Assembly: GCA_963666115.2 (NCBI GenBank)
Contig: CAXXET010000004.1
Coordinates: 256,001-320,000 of the forward strand
Length of the DNA: 64,000 bases
DNA from: Dehalococcoidia bacterium
GTDB lineage: Bacteria; Chloroflexota; Dehalococcoidia; UBA6926
Direction: 5' to 3'
The position numbers were made by a program, and so were the translations under genes. How positions within the stretch are numbered: position 1 is the stretch's first letter; each line of letters starts with the position of its first letter. The notes under the pieces were generated by a model. That model had not been told where the DNA came from. It did not search any database and saw only the letters and a list, made by a program, of their open reading frames with translations. Positions 29,551 through 38,941 of the stretch are shown one piece after another.

Positions 29551-29778
29551 ATGACGACAGAGGAGCGGCTCGACAGTCTGGAAGACGCGGTCAAGAGGTT
29601 GGTTGTGTTGAACGGGGATGTTGTGGCGATGCTGAAAGCGCACGTTGAAACGTTGAAGATGCACGAGGAGCTAATCGCCGAGGTCCGGCGAGACGCGCGC
29701 TTCACGCAGAAGATCTGGGTGGCTTTCGCACAGCACTTTGGACTGCCGCCGGAGATGTGGCAGGACGATCTCCCCTAG
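29551..29778 (+). CDS. small coiled-coil hypothetical protein
   Basis: MTTEERLDSLE...; GGAGG RBS and TATACT upstream. Confidence 0.6.
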   Translation: MTTEERLDSLEDAVKRLVVLNGDVVAMLKAHVETLKMHEELIAEVRRDARFTQKIWVAFAQHFGLPPEMWQDDLP

Positions 29779-29796
29779 CCGCGAGGGTCTGGACGA

Positions 29797-30777
29797 TTGG
29801 ATAGGCGCTCCTCTGTTGATGCACCGGTAACTGCTGAAGAATCTCGTTCACTGCGGCTTAGGCCGCTCCTTGCGGCAGCGCTTCTGATAGTCGTTGCAGC
29901 CGCATTCACAATCCTGATTGTCCGAGAGTGGGCGCTTGCGCCCGCCCCCGTTGAGATACAACTTCCGCCGCCCGGGCCGGCGACAGACGAGGTTACGGTG
30001 CACATTGGGGGCGCAGTGATGACGCCCGGCGTGTATTCCCTCCCCACACGTTCGCGAGTTGCGGATGCGGTCGAAGAGGCCGGAGGAATGATCGAGGGCG
30101 CGGATGCAGACGCCGTGAACATGGCGGAGCTGCTGGAGGACGGCAGCAGCTACATCGTTCCACCAGGGGAGAACGTCCCGCCCGATGACGGCATGGTGGT
30201 TGTGCATGTTTGGGGCGAAGTTGAAAAACCCGGACTCTATGAATTGCCTTCCGGATCGCGCGTCACGACGGCATTGACCGTAGCGGGAGGCTCAACCGAG
30301 CGGGCCGATCTGTCCGGCCTGAACCTTGCCGAAGTCCTCGAAGACGGCGCGCGTTACGACGTGCCGATCCTGGCTGTCGCGGAGAGCGAAGCCGTCGGGG
30401 ACGTAACGGTTCACATGGCCGGCGCGGTGGTCACGCCGGGGATCTACACGCTGCCAAACGGCACGCGGGTCATCGACGCGATCGAGGCCGCCGGGGGCAC
30501 GCTTTCAACGGCGGACATTCATACTCTGAACCTGGCGGAACCGGTACGCGACGGGGCGCGGTACGCGATTCCCGTCTTGCGGGCCACCGTGAACGTGAAC
30601 ATCGCGGGCATGGGCGAACTGGAATCTGTGCCGGGCATCAGCCGAACCATTGCGGAGGCGATCATGAATTACCGGGAGGCGGCCGGGGCGTTCATGGCCG
30701 TGGATGACCTGCTGGACGTTCCGGGCATCGGCCCGTCCACGCTGGCGGCCATACGTCCATTCGTTTCAGTGGGCTAG
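29797..30777 (+). CDS. comEA: ComEA-like DNA receptor (TM + 3 SLBB + HhH)
   Basis: Three VHxxGxVxxPGxYxLP repeats; C-terminal VNVN...VPGI...VPGIG HhH pair. Confidence 0.9.
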   Translation: MDRRSSVDAPVTAEESRSLRLRPLLAAALLIVVAAAFTILIVREWALAPAPVEIQLPPPGPATDEVTVHIGGAVMTPGVYSLPTRSRVADAVEEAGGMIEGADADAVNMAELLEDGSSYIVPPGENVPPDDGMVVVHVWGEVEKPGLYELPSGSRVTTALTVAGGSTERADLSGLNLAEVLEDGARYDVPILAVAESEAVGDVTVHMAGAVVTPGIYTLPNGTRVIDAIEAAGGTLSTADIHTLNLAEPVRDGARYAIPVLRATVNVNIAGMGELESVPGISRTIAEAIMNYREAAGAFMAVDDLLDVPGIGPSTLAAIRPFVSVG

Positions 30778-30783
30778 CTGGCG

Positions 30784-33243
30784 ATGCGCCCGCTTGCGCT
30801 GGCCGCCGGAACGCTCTGCGGCCTAGCACTGTCGCCTGTTGTTCATCTGCCGCTCCTGATCGTCGTTTCACTCGCGGGATTGGCCGCCGCAGCCTCCTTG
30901 CTGTCACGCCGGGGCGGCCTGCTGTTGGCGTGCCTATTCGTCCTAGGAGTTCTGGCGGGAACGGCGCGGGGGGCCTTGCCGGACACGAATCCCACTTCGA
31001 TTCCCGTGGGGAGCCTCGTGGGCAGAGAGACGGCGCTGGAGAGCGTCGTGCGGGATGCTCCGTCGCGCCGCGGACAGCTAACGCGCGTCCGCGTGACGCT
31101 TCGGAGCGCGGAACTGCTTGACCAAAGGGATATTGGGGCGTTTGGCGTGGACGGGGACGCAATCGCCTGGGTGTATCCGCCGCGGTATGAACTCAGCCCC
31201 GGCGATCGCGTGCTGTTGACAGGCATCCCGGATCGTCCCGTGCCGGACAATGATGACGGGGACGGTGAGGCAGAGGCGCAAGAGACCGGGGCGTCGTGGC
31301 CGGACGATCTTGTTTTACTGATGCGGCCCAGTCTGCGGCTCGTCGAGCGCGCGCCCCCGCCAATGAGGGCGCTCAATTCCGCGCGCAGCCGCCTCAGCGC
31401 ATCACTTGAGCGGAACCTGCCGTCGCCCCAGGCCGAACTTGCGCAGGCACTGCTCCTGGGGCAGCGGGACAGCTTGCCTGCCGAACTCACCGATGCGTGG
31501 CAACGCGCGGGAACGGCGCATCTGCTGGCGATTTCCGGCCTGCACGTGAGCGTTGTGCTGGGAGTGGCTCTGGTGGCAGGCACGATGGCCTTTGGCCGGC
31601 GGCGCGGCCTATACGTGCTGCTGCCGCTGATGCTCGTCTGGGCGTACGCGATTCTTTCAGGACTGAATCCCCCTGTTGTTCGAGCGGCAATCATGGGAAG
31701 CGTGTACCTGGGCGCCATTGTCGCCGGACGGCAGCCGAGCGGCGGCTTGGCCCTGGTTCTCGCCGCAACGGCCATCGCCTTATGGAACCCTCAGGTAATA
31801 GCCACTGCATCATTCCAGATGACTGTTGCCGCGATGGCCGGGATCGTCTTCCTCACAGACCCGCTGAGACGGCTCATGCAGGCGCCGTTCGGCGGACGCG
31901 CCACCGACGCGGGCGCAAGTCTGACAGGCGGGTGGCGGCAAGTCGGGGTGGCAGGAATCTCGGCGTCATTGGGCGCGGTGATCGGGATCAAGCCGCTGCT
32001 GCTGCACTATTTCGGCGCGGCCTCGCTGTTCACCATACCGGCGAGCCTGCTGGGGACAGCGGCCTTGCCCGCCGTCCTGCTCACGTCCGCGGCGACAGGC
32101 ATCGTGGGCGTGTTTGCGGGCGGGGCGCTTGCATCCTTGATCGCGTGGGTGGCATGGCCGTTCCTCACATTCCTGGTTGGGCTGTCTTCACTGTTCTCGG
32201 CACCCGCGTTCGCCGCGATCACCATCGCGCCGCTGAGCATGGAGGCGGTGATCGTGATCTACCTCGTCATGGGCGGCCTGTTCCTCATACCAATAGCGAG
32301 GAGTCCCTCCGGGCTGCTGGGTCCGGTCGTGTCCCTGCCGAGCATCGGGATGCCAAGCGGACGGCGGCTGCTGACCTCGTGGCCGGTCATCGGCGGACTG
32401 GCGCTTATGACGGCGACAGCCGGAATTGGCGCGGCGGCTCCCTACATCGGCGATAGAGAGCAGTTGACGGTTCACGTGCTGGACGTGGGACAGGGCGACT
32501 CCATCCTGGTTGAATCACCGACGGGCCGGCGCGTTCTCATCGACGGGGGGCCGGATGGGGCATTGCTGCAACGTCGGTTGGCAGAGCAGCTGCCGTGGTG
32601 GTCGCGGCGCATCGACGTCGTAATCCTGACGCATCCGAGCGCGGACCACCTGATCGGCCTGACGGAAACCCTGCGACGCTACGACGTGGGATTCGTGGTC
32701 GATCCGCAACTGGAATCAGGCACGGTTTACGGTCGGCAATGGGCGGAGGCGTTGCGAGAACGCGGGGATTTGACCGTCGCGCGGGCGGAGCAAGGCATGG
32801 AGCTTGACCTGGGGGGAGGGGCGCTCCTGGAGATACTGCACCCGCCGTCCGAGCGGCCATTCGACACCGCCGCCGAGCACGATGACAATTCCGTCGTTGC
32901 AAAACTGTCCTATGGGGAGGTGTCATTCCTGTTTGCGGCTGACATCTACGGGCCCGGCGAGGAGTTTTTGCTGGGTTCCGGGGTGGACGTCAACGCGACA
33001 GTCCTAAAGGTCGCGCACCAGGGGAGCCGCTATTCATCGAGCATGGAGTTCCTGGAGGCGGTATCGCCGCGCATCGCGATCATCACCGCGGGCAGGGACA
33101 ACAGGTTCGGGCATCCGCATCCGGAAACGCTAGAACGGTTGGAGTCGCTGCGGCCTGCGCCTGCGGTTCTTCGGACTGATGTGCATGGGACGGTGACGGT
33201 GGTGACGGATGGGCGGGGGGTGGCGTGGGAGGGCTCAGGGTGA
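30784..33243 (+). CDS. comEC: ComEC/Rec2 DNA uptake channel
   Basis: HLLAISGLHV competence motif; LDVGQGDS, THPSADH, KVAHQGS, FGHPH beta-lactamase domain. Confidence 0.95.
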   Translation: MRPLALAAGTLCGLALSPVVHLPLLIVVSLAGLAAAASLLSRRGGLLLACLFVLGVLAGTARGALPDTNPTSIPVGSLVGRETALESVVRDAPSRRGQLTRVRVTLRSAELLDQRDIGAFGVDGDAIAWVYPPRYELSPGDRVLLTGIPDRPVPDNDDGDGEAEAQETGASWPDDLVLLMRPSLRLVERAPPPMRALNSARSRLSASLERNLPSPQAELAQALLLGQRDSLPAELTDAWQRAGTAHLLAISGLHVSVVLGVALVAGTMAFGRRRGLYVLLPLMLVWAYAILSGLNPPVVRAAIMGSVYLGAIVAGRQPSGGLALVLAATAIALWNPQVIATASFQMTVAAMAGIVFLTDPLRRLMQAPFGGRATDAGASLTGGWRQVGVAGISASLGAVIGIKPLLLHYFGAASLFTIPASLLGTAALPAVLLTSAATGIVGVFAGGALASLIAWVAWPFLTFLVGLSSLFSAPAFAAITIAPLSMEAVIVIYLVMGGLFLIPIARSPSGLLGPVVSLPSIGMPSGRRLLTSWPVIGGLALMTATAGIGAAAPYIGDREQLTVHVLDVGQGDSILVESPTGRRVLIDGGPDGALLQRRLAEQLPWWSRRIDVVILTHPSADHLIGLTETLRRYDVGFVVDPQLESGTVYGRQWAEALRERGDLTVARAEQGMELDLGGGALLEILHPPSERPFDTAAEHDDNSVVAKLSYGEVSFLFAADIYGPGEEFLLGSGVDVNATVLKVAHQGSRYSSSMEFLEAVSPRIAIITAGRDNRFGHPHPETLERLESLRPAPAVLRTDVHGTVTVVTDGRGVAWEGSG

Positions 33244-33286
33244 ACGACGACCGCGCCCCCCCATGTATACTCACCTCAGAGGCGCC

Positions 33287-34084
33287 ATGATTACGCGAGT
33301 ATCTTTGCTGGCCATCGTTGTAGCCGTGCTGGTTGCCGGTTGCTCTCTTGTGGAGAGCGATACGCCTACGCCTACTCCTTCACCGCCCTCTCCGACGCCA
33401 GACCCGTCCACACTATGGGGATCTGTTGATGGTAATGTAAGTACCGGAATTCACGATTCGGCTTGGTACGCTCCGCCAGTATTGATCGGCCAAATATACT
33501 ATGCAGATGTTATAGTGCGGGCAAGATTCGAATCGGCTAAAGCAACAACCGAAAAGGCCGTAACCAGGGCAAACTCCAGCAATTACAGCTGGCTGAACGA
33601 GGGAGTGATCAGATATCATCCGAAGCTCGAGTTGACGTTTAATGTCATCGAAACTCTAAAGGGGACGAGCGGACAGCAAATCACCGTCACCGTCTATGGC
33701 GATTACTGGCACGGTACTGCGGCCGTGGCTCAAGACTGGGCAGACGAAATGCTTTCCCACAGGGATTCGCGATGGGATAATCGCGAGGCAATTCTATTCG
33801 TAGAACAGCTTTCAGCGCGGGACGAGTTCAACGTGACCGGAGCAACGGGCGTAAACACCTTCAATCGCACCAGCCATCTGGAGTCACGGTTGAATTACAT
33901 GGTTGATTCCGATTCAGAAGTAAGCGGGGCCGAATTCTCAGTTTCACCAGGTTGGCATCCGGTTATAGACGCAAGCGCGGCTGCCGGCACTCAATCCGGC
34001 ACTCCCGGATCATATATGCTGTCGGAGTACGGAGGAACTTGGTCGAGTTTTACGGTCGCTGACATCCTCGCAGAGCTTGAATAG
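33287..34084 (+). CDS. hypothetical lipoprotein, paralogue 1
   Basis: Lipobox LVAGC, PT/PS linker; homologous to 34347-35135 and 53201-54082. Confidence 0.8.
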   Translation: MITRVSLLAIVVAVLVAGCSLVESDTPTPTPSPPSPTPDPSTLWGSVDGNVSTGIHDSAWYAPPVLIGQIYYADVIVRARFESAKATTEKAVTRANSSNYSWLNEGVIRYHPKLELTFNVIETLKGTSGQQITVTVYGDYWHGTAAVAQDWADEMLSHRDSRWDNREAILFVEQLSARDEFNVTGATGVNTFNRTSHLESRLNYMVDSDSEVSGAEFSVSPGWHPVIDASAAAGTQSGTPGSYMLSEYGGTWSSFTVADILAELE

Positions 34085-34092
34085 TTGGGCTA

Positions 34093-34288
34093 GATTCTTC
34101 GCTGCGCTCCGGATAACAGACCCGATGGATTCCGGCTTTCGCCGGAATGAGGGGGGGTAGGCCCCCGCCTGCGCGGGGGATTCGGAGGAGGGGTGCCCTT
34201 CGACTGCGCTCAGGGTGAGCGGAGGGGGGCGTTACGGGGCTTGGTTGGCACTATGAGATTCAGATTCCCGCTTTCGCGGGAATGACGG
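34093..34288. repeat. REP cluster (families B, C, A, C)
   Basis: Palindromes at 34093, 34127, 34161, 34196, 34263. Confidence 0.85.
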
Positions 34289-34346
34289 AGGGGGACGGAA
34301 ATGATGAGGCGGGGGCGCCTCCGCGTATACTGATTTTAGAGGCGTC

Positions 34347-35135
34347 ATGATGATACGAGTATCCTTGCTGGCCATTGTCGCAGCCGTGCTGGTTGCCGGT
34401 TGCTCTCTTGTGGAGAGCGATACGCCTACGCCTACTCCCCCGCCGCCCTCTCCGACGCCAGACCCGTCCACACTATGGGGATCTGTTGATGGTAATGTAA
34501 GTGTCGGAATTCACGATTCGTCCTGGTACGGTCCGCCAGTATTGTTCAGCCAAGTATACGATGCAGATGTTATAGTGCGCGCAAGATTTAGTTCGGCCAA
34601 GGCAAGTGTCGAAAAGATCGTAGGCACGATAAGCAACTCACACAGATACAAAGGGTTGAAGGTGGGAGACATCAGATATCATCCAAAGCTCGAGTTGACA
34701 TTCAACGTCATTGAGTATTTCAAGGGGTCAGGTGGACAGCAGATCACGGTGACCGTCTATAACGATTATTGGGTCGGAACTGAGGCCATAGCTCAAAGCC
34801 GGGCGGACGGAATGCTTTCCGGCAGAGATACCCGATGGGATGATCGGGAGGCGATTCTGTTCGTGGATCAGGCGTTGCGTTATCACAGAATGACCGGAGC
34901 AGAGAACGTAAACACCTTCGTTCGGCATAGTCATCTGGAGTCACGGTTGAACTACATGGCGGGTTCAGATTCGAAGCTGAGCGAGGCTGAATTCTCAGTT
35001 TCACCGGGTTGGCATCCGACTACAGACGCAGCTGCTGCCAAGTGGTCCCTGACTCCCGGACGATATACGTTGTCGGCTAACGAAGGAGATTCGACGAGCT
35101 TTACGATCGCAGACATCCTCGCAGAGCTTGAATAG
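34347..35135 (+). CDS. hypothetical lipoprotein, paralogue 2
   Basis: Tandem duplicate of 33287-34084 with near-identical 5' and 3' ends. Confidence 0.8.
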   Translation: MMIRVSLLAIVAAVLVAGCSLVESDTPTPTPPPPSPTPDPSTLWGSVDGNVSVGIHDSSWYGPPVLFSQVYDADVIVRARFSSAKASVEKIVGTISNSHRYKGLKVGDIRYHPKLELTFNVIEYFKGSGGQQITVTVYNDYWVGTEAIAQSRADGMLSGRDTRWDDREAILFVDQALRYHRMTGAENVNTFVRHSHLESRLNYMAGSDSKLSEAEFSVSPGWHPTTDAAAAKWSLTPGRYTLSANEGDSTSFTIADILAELE

Positions 35136-35143
35136 TTGGGCTA

Positions 35144-35229
35144 GATTCTTCGCTGCGCTCAGAATGACAGCCCCCTCCGCTCACAATGACAGCCCTCCCC
35201 GTTCACCCTGAGCCTGTCGAAGGGTGGAC
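35144..35229. repeat. REP cluster (families B, partial B, A)
   Basis: GATTCTTCGCTGCGCTCAGAATGACA...CGCTCACAATGACA...CCGTTCACCCTGAGCCTGTCGAAGGG. Confidence 0.85.
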
Positions 35230-35278
35230 CCCCCGTCCCCTTGCTATACTAAGGCGAGGGGTGGATTAAGGAGCTTTT

Positions 35279-36562
35279 ATGTCGCTGGTGTCGCAGGCTG
35301 ATTCGTTGGGGCGGGGTGAGTCTTTGTTGTTGCGGGCTGATCCTGAGGTTTTTGCTGCTATTGAGGGGGAGGAGGCCCGGCAGAGGGATTCGATCATTCT
35401 CATTGCGTCTGAGAATTACACTAGCCGGGCGGTTATGGAGGCGCAGGGGTCTGCGCTCACGGAGAAGTATGCGGAGGGGTATCCCGGGCGACGGTATTAC
35501 GCGGGGTGCGAGTTCGCGGACGTTGTGGAGGACCTGGCACGGGAGCGGCTCAAGGAGCTTTTTGGGGTAGAGCACGCGAACGTGCAGCCCCACAGCGGCG
35601 TGCAGGCCAACATGGCGGCGTACTTCGCGTTCGTGAAGCCGGGGGACACCATTCTCGGCATGAGGCTTGACCAGGGCGGGCATCTGTCGCACGGCAGCCC
35701 CGTCAGCTTCTCCGGCCAGTACTACCAATTCGTCTCCTACGGGGTGGACCGCGAGACGGAGATGATCGACTACGACGAAGTGGAGTCGCTGGCGCGGGAG
35801 CACCGCCCCAAGATCATCGTGGCCGGCGCAAGCTCCTATCCGCGCACTATCGATTTCGCCAACCTGCGGCAGGTCGCCGATTCCATCGACGCGCTGTTGA
35901 TGGTGGACATGGCGCACTACGCGGGGCTGATCGCGGGCGGCGTCTACCCGGACCCCGCCCCCTACGCGGACATCATGACGTCCACCACGCAGAAGACGCT
36001 GCGGGGGCCGCGCGGGGCGTTCATCCTGAGCAAGCAGGAGCACGCCGCCGCCATCGACCGCTCCGTGTTTCCCGGGGCGCAGGGCGGGCCGATGATGCAC
36101 ACCATCGCGGCGAAGGCCGTGTGCTTCGGGGAGGCGCTGAAACCGTCGTTCCGCTCCTACCAGGAGCAGGTCCTGGCCAATGCGCGGGCAATGGCAACGG
36201 AGATGGCGGCGGACGGACTGCGAATCGTCTCAGGCGGCACGGACTGCCACCTGTACCTGGTGGACGTGACCACGCTTGGCACAACAGGCAAGGCGGCGGC
36301 AGACCTTTTGGAATCGGTGGGCGTCATCACGAATCCGAATGCGATCCCGTTCGATGAGCTTCCGCCGCGCGTGGGCAGCGGCGTCAGGATTGGCACGCCG
36401 GCGATTACGAGCCGCAATTTTGATGAGGATGACGCGCGCGCCGTTGCGCGGCTGATCACGCGCGTTCTCAGGAGCCCGGAGGATGAGGCCGTCCTTGAAT
36501 CGGCGCGCGCGGAGGTCGCGGAGTTGACGGGGGCGCATCCGATACCCCAACTCTTTGACTGA
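35279..36562 (+). CDS. glyA: serine hydroxymethyltransferase
   Basis: [37 protein letters not shown]. Confidence 0.97.
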   Translation: MSLVSQADSLGRGESLLLRADPEVFAAIEGEEARQRDSIILIASENYTSRAVMEAQGSALTEKYAEGYPGRRYYAGCEFADVVEDLARERLKELFGVEHANVQPHSGVQANMAAYFAFVKPGDTILGMRLDQGGHLSHGSPVSFSGQYYQFVSYGVDRETEMIDYDEVESLAREHRPKIIVAGASSYPRTIDFANLRQVADSIDALLMVDMAHYAGLIAGGVYPDPAPYADIMTSTTQKTLRGPRGAFILSKQEHAAAIDRSVFPGAQGGPMMHTIAAKAVCFGEALKPSFRSYQEQVLANARAMATEMAADGLRIVSGGTDCHLYLVDVTTLGTTGKAAADLLESVGVITNPNAIPFDELPPRVGSGVRIGTPAITSRNFDEDDARAVARLITRVLRSPEDEAVLESARAEVAELTGAHPIPQLFD

Positions 36563-36608
36563 GCCGTCTTGTATACTTCACTAGCGAAAAGCATTAAAGG
36601 GAGGCTGA

Positions 36609-36941
36609 GTGAGTCGATACGAATTGATGGTCATCGTGGATCCTGAAATCCAGGACGAGGAGTTGAACGGGGCGGTGGACCGGATCAAGCAGGTCATTGC
36701 GGACCGGGGCGGGTCGGACGAGGCGACCGAGGTCCAGGGGCGCCGGCGGCTTGCGTATCCAATCAAGGCAAAGACGGACGGAACGATGGTGGTTTCGCGC
36801 TTCGAGATGGCGGGCGACGCCGTTGGGGCGCTCACCACGACGCTCCGCGCCAACGAAAACCTCCTGCGGTCCTTCGTAACCCGCGTCCGGCCCAAACGCG
36901 TCCAAGCCAAGCCCAAGAAGGAAGAGAGCGCCGCGTCATGA
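36609..36941 (+). CDS. rpsF: 30S ribosomal protein S6
   Basis: YELMVIVDP, GRRRLAYPI; rpsF-ssb-rpsR order. Confidence 0.95.
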   Translation: MSRYELMVIVDPEIQDEELNGAVDRIKQVIADRGGSDEATEVQGRRRLAYPIKAKTDGTMVVSRFEMAGDAVGALTTTLRANENLLRSFVTRVRPKRVQAKPKKEESAAS

Positions 36942-37354
36942 CTTTGAACAGGATGACGGCTATCGGCAATCTCGGAAGTGATCCGGAGATGCGGTACACG
37001 CCGAACGGGAATCCGGTAACGACGTTCAACGTCGCGGTCAACCGCGTGTACAACACCAGTGACGGCGAGCGTCACGAGGAGACGGAGTGGTTCCGCGTGG
37101 TTGCGTGGAATCAACTCGCCGAGCGCTGCAACCAATATCTCAGCAAGGGCCAGAAGGTCTACGTGGACGGCCGCCTGCGCACGGATCGCTGGGAGGGACG
37201 CGACGGAACGCCGCGAACGACTATCGAAATCGTCGCGCAGAACGTTGTGTTTATGAGCAGGCCCGGGGAGGGCGGCGGCGGGATGCCGCGTGAAGGGGAT
37301 TATCCCGGCGAGGCGTTCGGCGGGGGCGGGCCGGAGGACGACCTGCCCTTCTAG
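36938..37354 (+). CDS. ssb: single-stranded DNA-binding protein
   Basis: IGNLGSDPEMRYTP, ETEWFRVVAW, C-terminal DDLPF. Confidence 0.97.
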   Translation: MTLNRMTAIGNLGSDPEMRYTPNGNPVTTFNVAVNRVYNTSDGERHEETEWFRVVAWNQLAERCNQYLSKGQKVYVDGRLRTDRWEGRDGTPRTTIEIVAQNVVFMSRPGEGGGGMPREGDYPGEAFGGGGPEDDLPF

Positions 37355-37423
37355 GAGCGCGCTCATCGCCCTGCCCTATGAAAGCCGTGTAGACTTAACG
37401 GCAATCAGCCTTGGAGGAAATGA

Positions 37424-37828
37424 ATGACGACAGATTCGCCCGCCCCGCCTGAGTCAACCGGCGCGCCCGCCGCGCCGCCACCGAGGCCGGCGTCGGACAG
37501 GCCGCCGGGGGGCGGACGCCCGCCGGGGGACAGGCCGGGCGGGGGGCGCCGCGAGGGCGGCCGACGCGAGGGCGGCGGCGGTCGTCGTTTCTACCCGCGC
37601 CGGCGCGTGTGCCTGTTCTGCGCCGACAAGGACGCGGTGATGGACTTCAAGCAGCCGGAGACGCTGCGGCGGTTCATCTCTGAGCGCGCGCGGATTGAGC
37701 CGCGCCGCAAGACAAGCACGTGCTCCCGTTGCCAGCGGGCGCTGGCGCGGGAAATCAAGCGCGCGCGGCAAGCCGGACTGATACCGTTCACGACGGATAC
37801 CCTCCACGATATGCCGTCCTCGCGCTGA
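37424..37828 (+). CDS. rpsR: 30S ribosomal protein S18 (Zn-binding type, N-terminal P/G/R-rich extension)
   Basis: RRRVCLFC, LRRFISER, CSRCQR, IKRAR. Confidence 0.93.
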   Translation: MTTDSPAPPESTGAPAAPPPRPASDRPPGGGRPPGDRPGGGRREGGRREGGGGRRFYPRRRVCLFCADKDAVMDFKQPETLRRFISERARIEPRRKTSTCSRCQRALAREIKRARQAGLIPFTTDTLHDMPSSR

Positions 37829-37840
37829 GCGGCACAACGA

Positions 37841-38941
37841 ATGACCCAGCAGGACCAGAGCGCCAGCGAACAAGCCGCGTCGCCGAGCGTCGTTGGAGGA
37901 CACCGGCGCGAAACGGAGCGCCGCCGCCGGTACCGCTTCACGCGGATTCTCTCCATGGCGGGCCTCCTGCTCTTGATCACCGCCCTCGTGATTCCGGCCA
38001 CAGGGTACTTTGTGGTCTTCGTCCAGCCGCACCGCGAAACCGCGCTCGTGATCAATGACACGCGCTACACGTGGGGCGAGTACCTGACGCGGTTGAAGAT
38101 GATCATCGCGGAGGCGCAGGCGATCGGCACGTGGGCGCCGGACTCCCTGAACAACCTGATATTCGACATGGTGAACGACCTGGAACGCCGCGAAATCGTC
38201 AAGCAGTACGCGCCGCTGGAGAGCGTGGCGGTGAGCGAGACGGAGATCGACAACGAGATGAAGGCGCGGATTCTTGGCGTCTCCAACATAGACAACCCGG
38301 ACATACCGGAATCCGAGTACCGCGAACGGCTGCGGCTGCGGCTCGAAATCCTGCAGGTTTCGGAGGACTTCTTCCGGGAGATCGCCCGGGAACAGGCTCT
38401 TATGAACAAGCTGGAGGCGCTGCTGAAGGAGGATATCCCGGCCAAGCTGGAGCAGCGGCACCTGTACGAGATTCGCTTCGACAGCTCGGACACCGATCTG
38501 ATTGACGCGCGGGCGGCGATTGACCGCTACGACGCCGGCGAGTCGTTCCAAGACCTTGCCCGTGAGCTGTCGGACGACGACGCCACGGCTGCCCAGGGCG
38601 GAGACCTCGGGTGGGTACCGCGCGGCATCAAGGACGAATACGACAGCGTCCTGGCGGAACTGCCCGCCGGGGACGTGTCCGGCCCCGTCGTTACCTCCAC
38701 GGGCGTTTCGGTCTTCTATGCCGAAGGGGAGTTGGAGCTGCGCGACGTGCGCGAAGACCACATAAAGCCGCTCCAGGATAAAGCCCTACAGTCGTGGATC
38801 GCGGGGCACCGCGCAGACCTGGTGGCAGTCGGCGCGCTCAGCCGTCCGGCGGGCGGCATGAGCTCGGAGAGGTACAGTTGGGTGCTCACCCAGTTGCGGC
38901 AGGACCGCGAGTTGTTCCCAACGAGGAGCGCGAGTGAGTAA
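37841..38941 (+). CDS. membrane-anchored parvulin-type peptidylprolyl isomerase (PrsA/SurA-like)
   Basis: N-terminal TM; GESFQDLARELSDD...GGDLGW. Confidence 0.85.
   Translation: MTQQDQSASEQAASPSVVGGHRRETERRRRYRFTRILSMAGLLLLITALVIPATGYFVVFVQPHRETALVINDTRYTWGEYLTRLKMIIAEAQAIGTWAPDSLNNLIFDMVNDLERREIVKQYAPLESVAVSETEIDNEMKARILGVSNIDNPDIPESEYRERLRLRLEILQVSEDFFREIAREQALMNKLEALLKEDIPAKLEQRHLYEIRFDSSDTDLIDARAAIDRYDAGESFQDLARELSDDDATAAQGGDLGWVPRGIKDEYDSVLAELPAGDVSGPVVTSTGVSVFYAEGELELRDVREDHIKPLQDKALQSWIAGHRADLVAVGALSRPAGGMSSERYSWVLTQLRQDRELFPTRSASE

Noticed and set aside
34093-34288. Repeat cluster as a CRISPR array
   Set aside because: Repeats belong to different families, spacing is irregular, and there are no cas genes.
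33287-35135. Diversity-generating retroelement explanation for the paralogue variation
   Set aside because: No reverse transcriptase in the window; differences are not adenine-specific and both copies are full genes.
37424-37590. P/G/R-rich N-terminal extension of S18
   Set aside because: Low-complexity S18 extensions occur in many bacteria.
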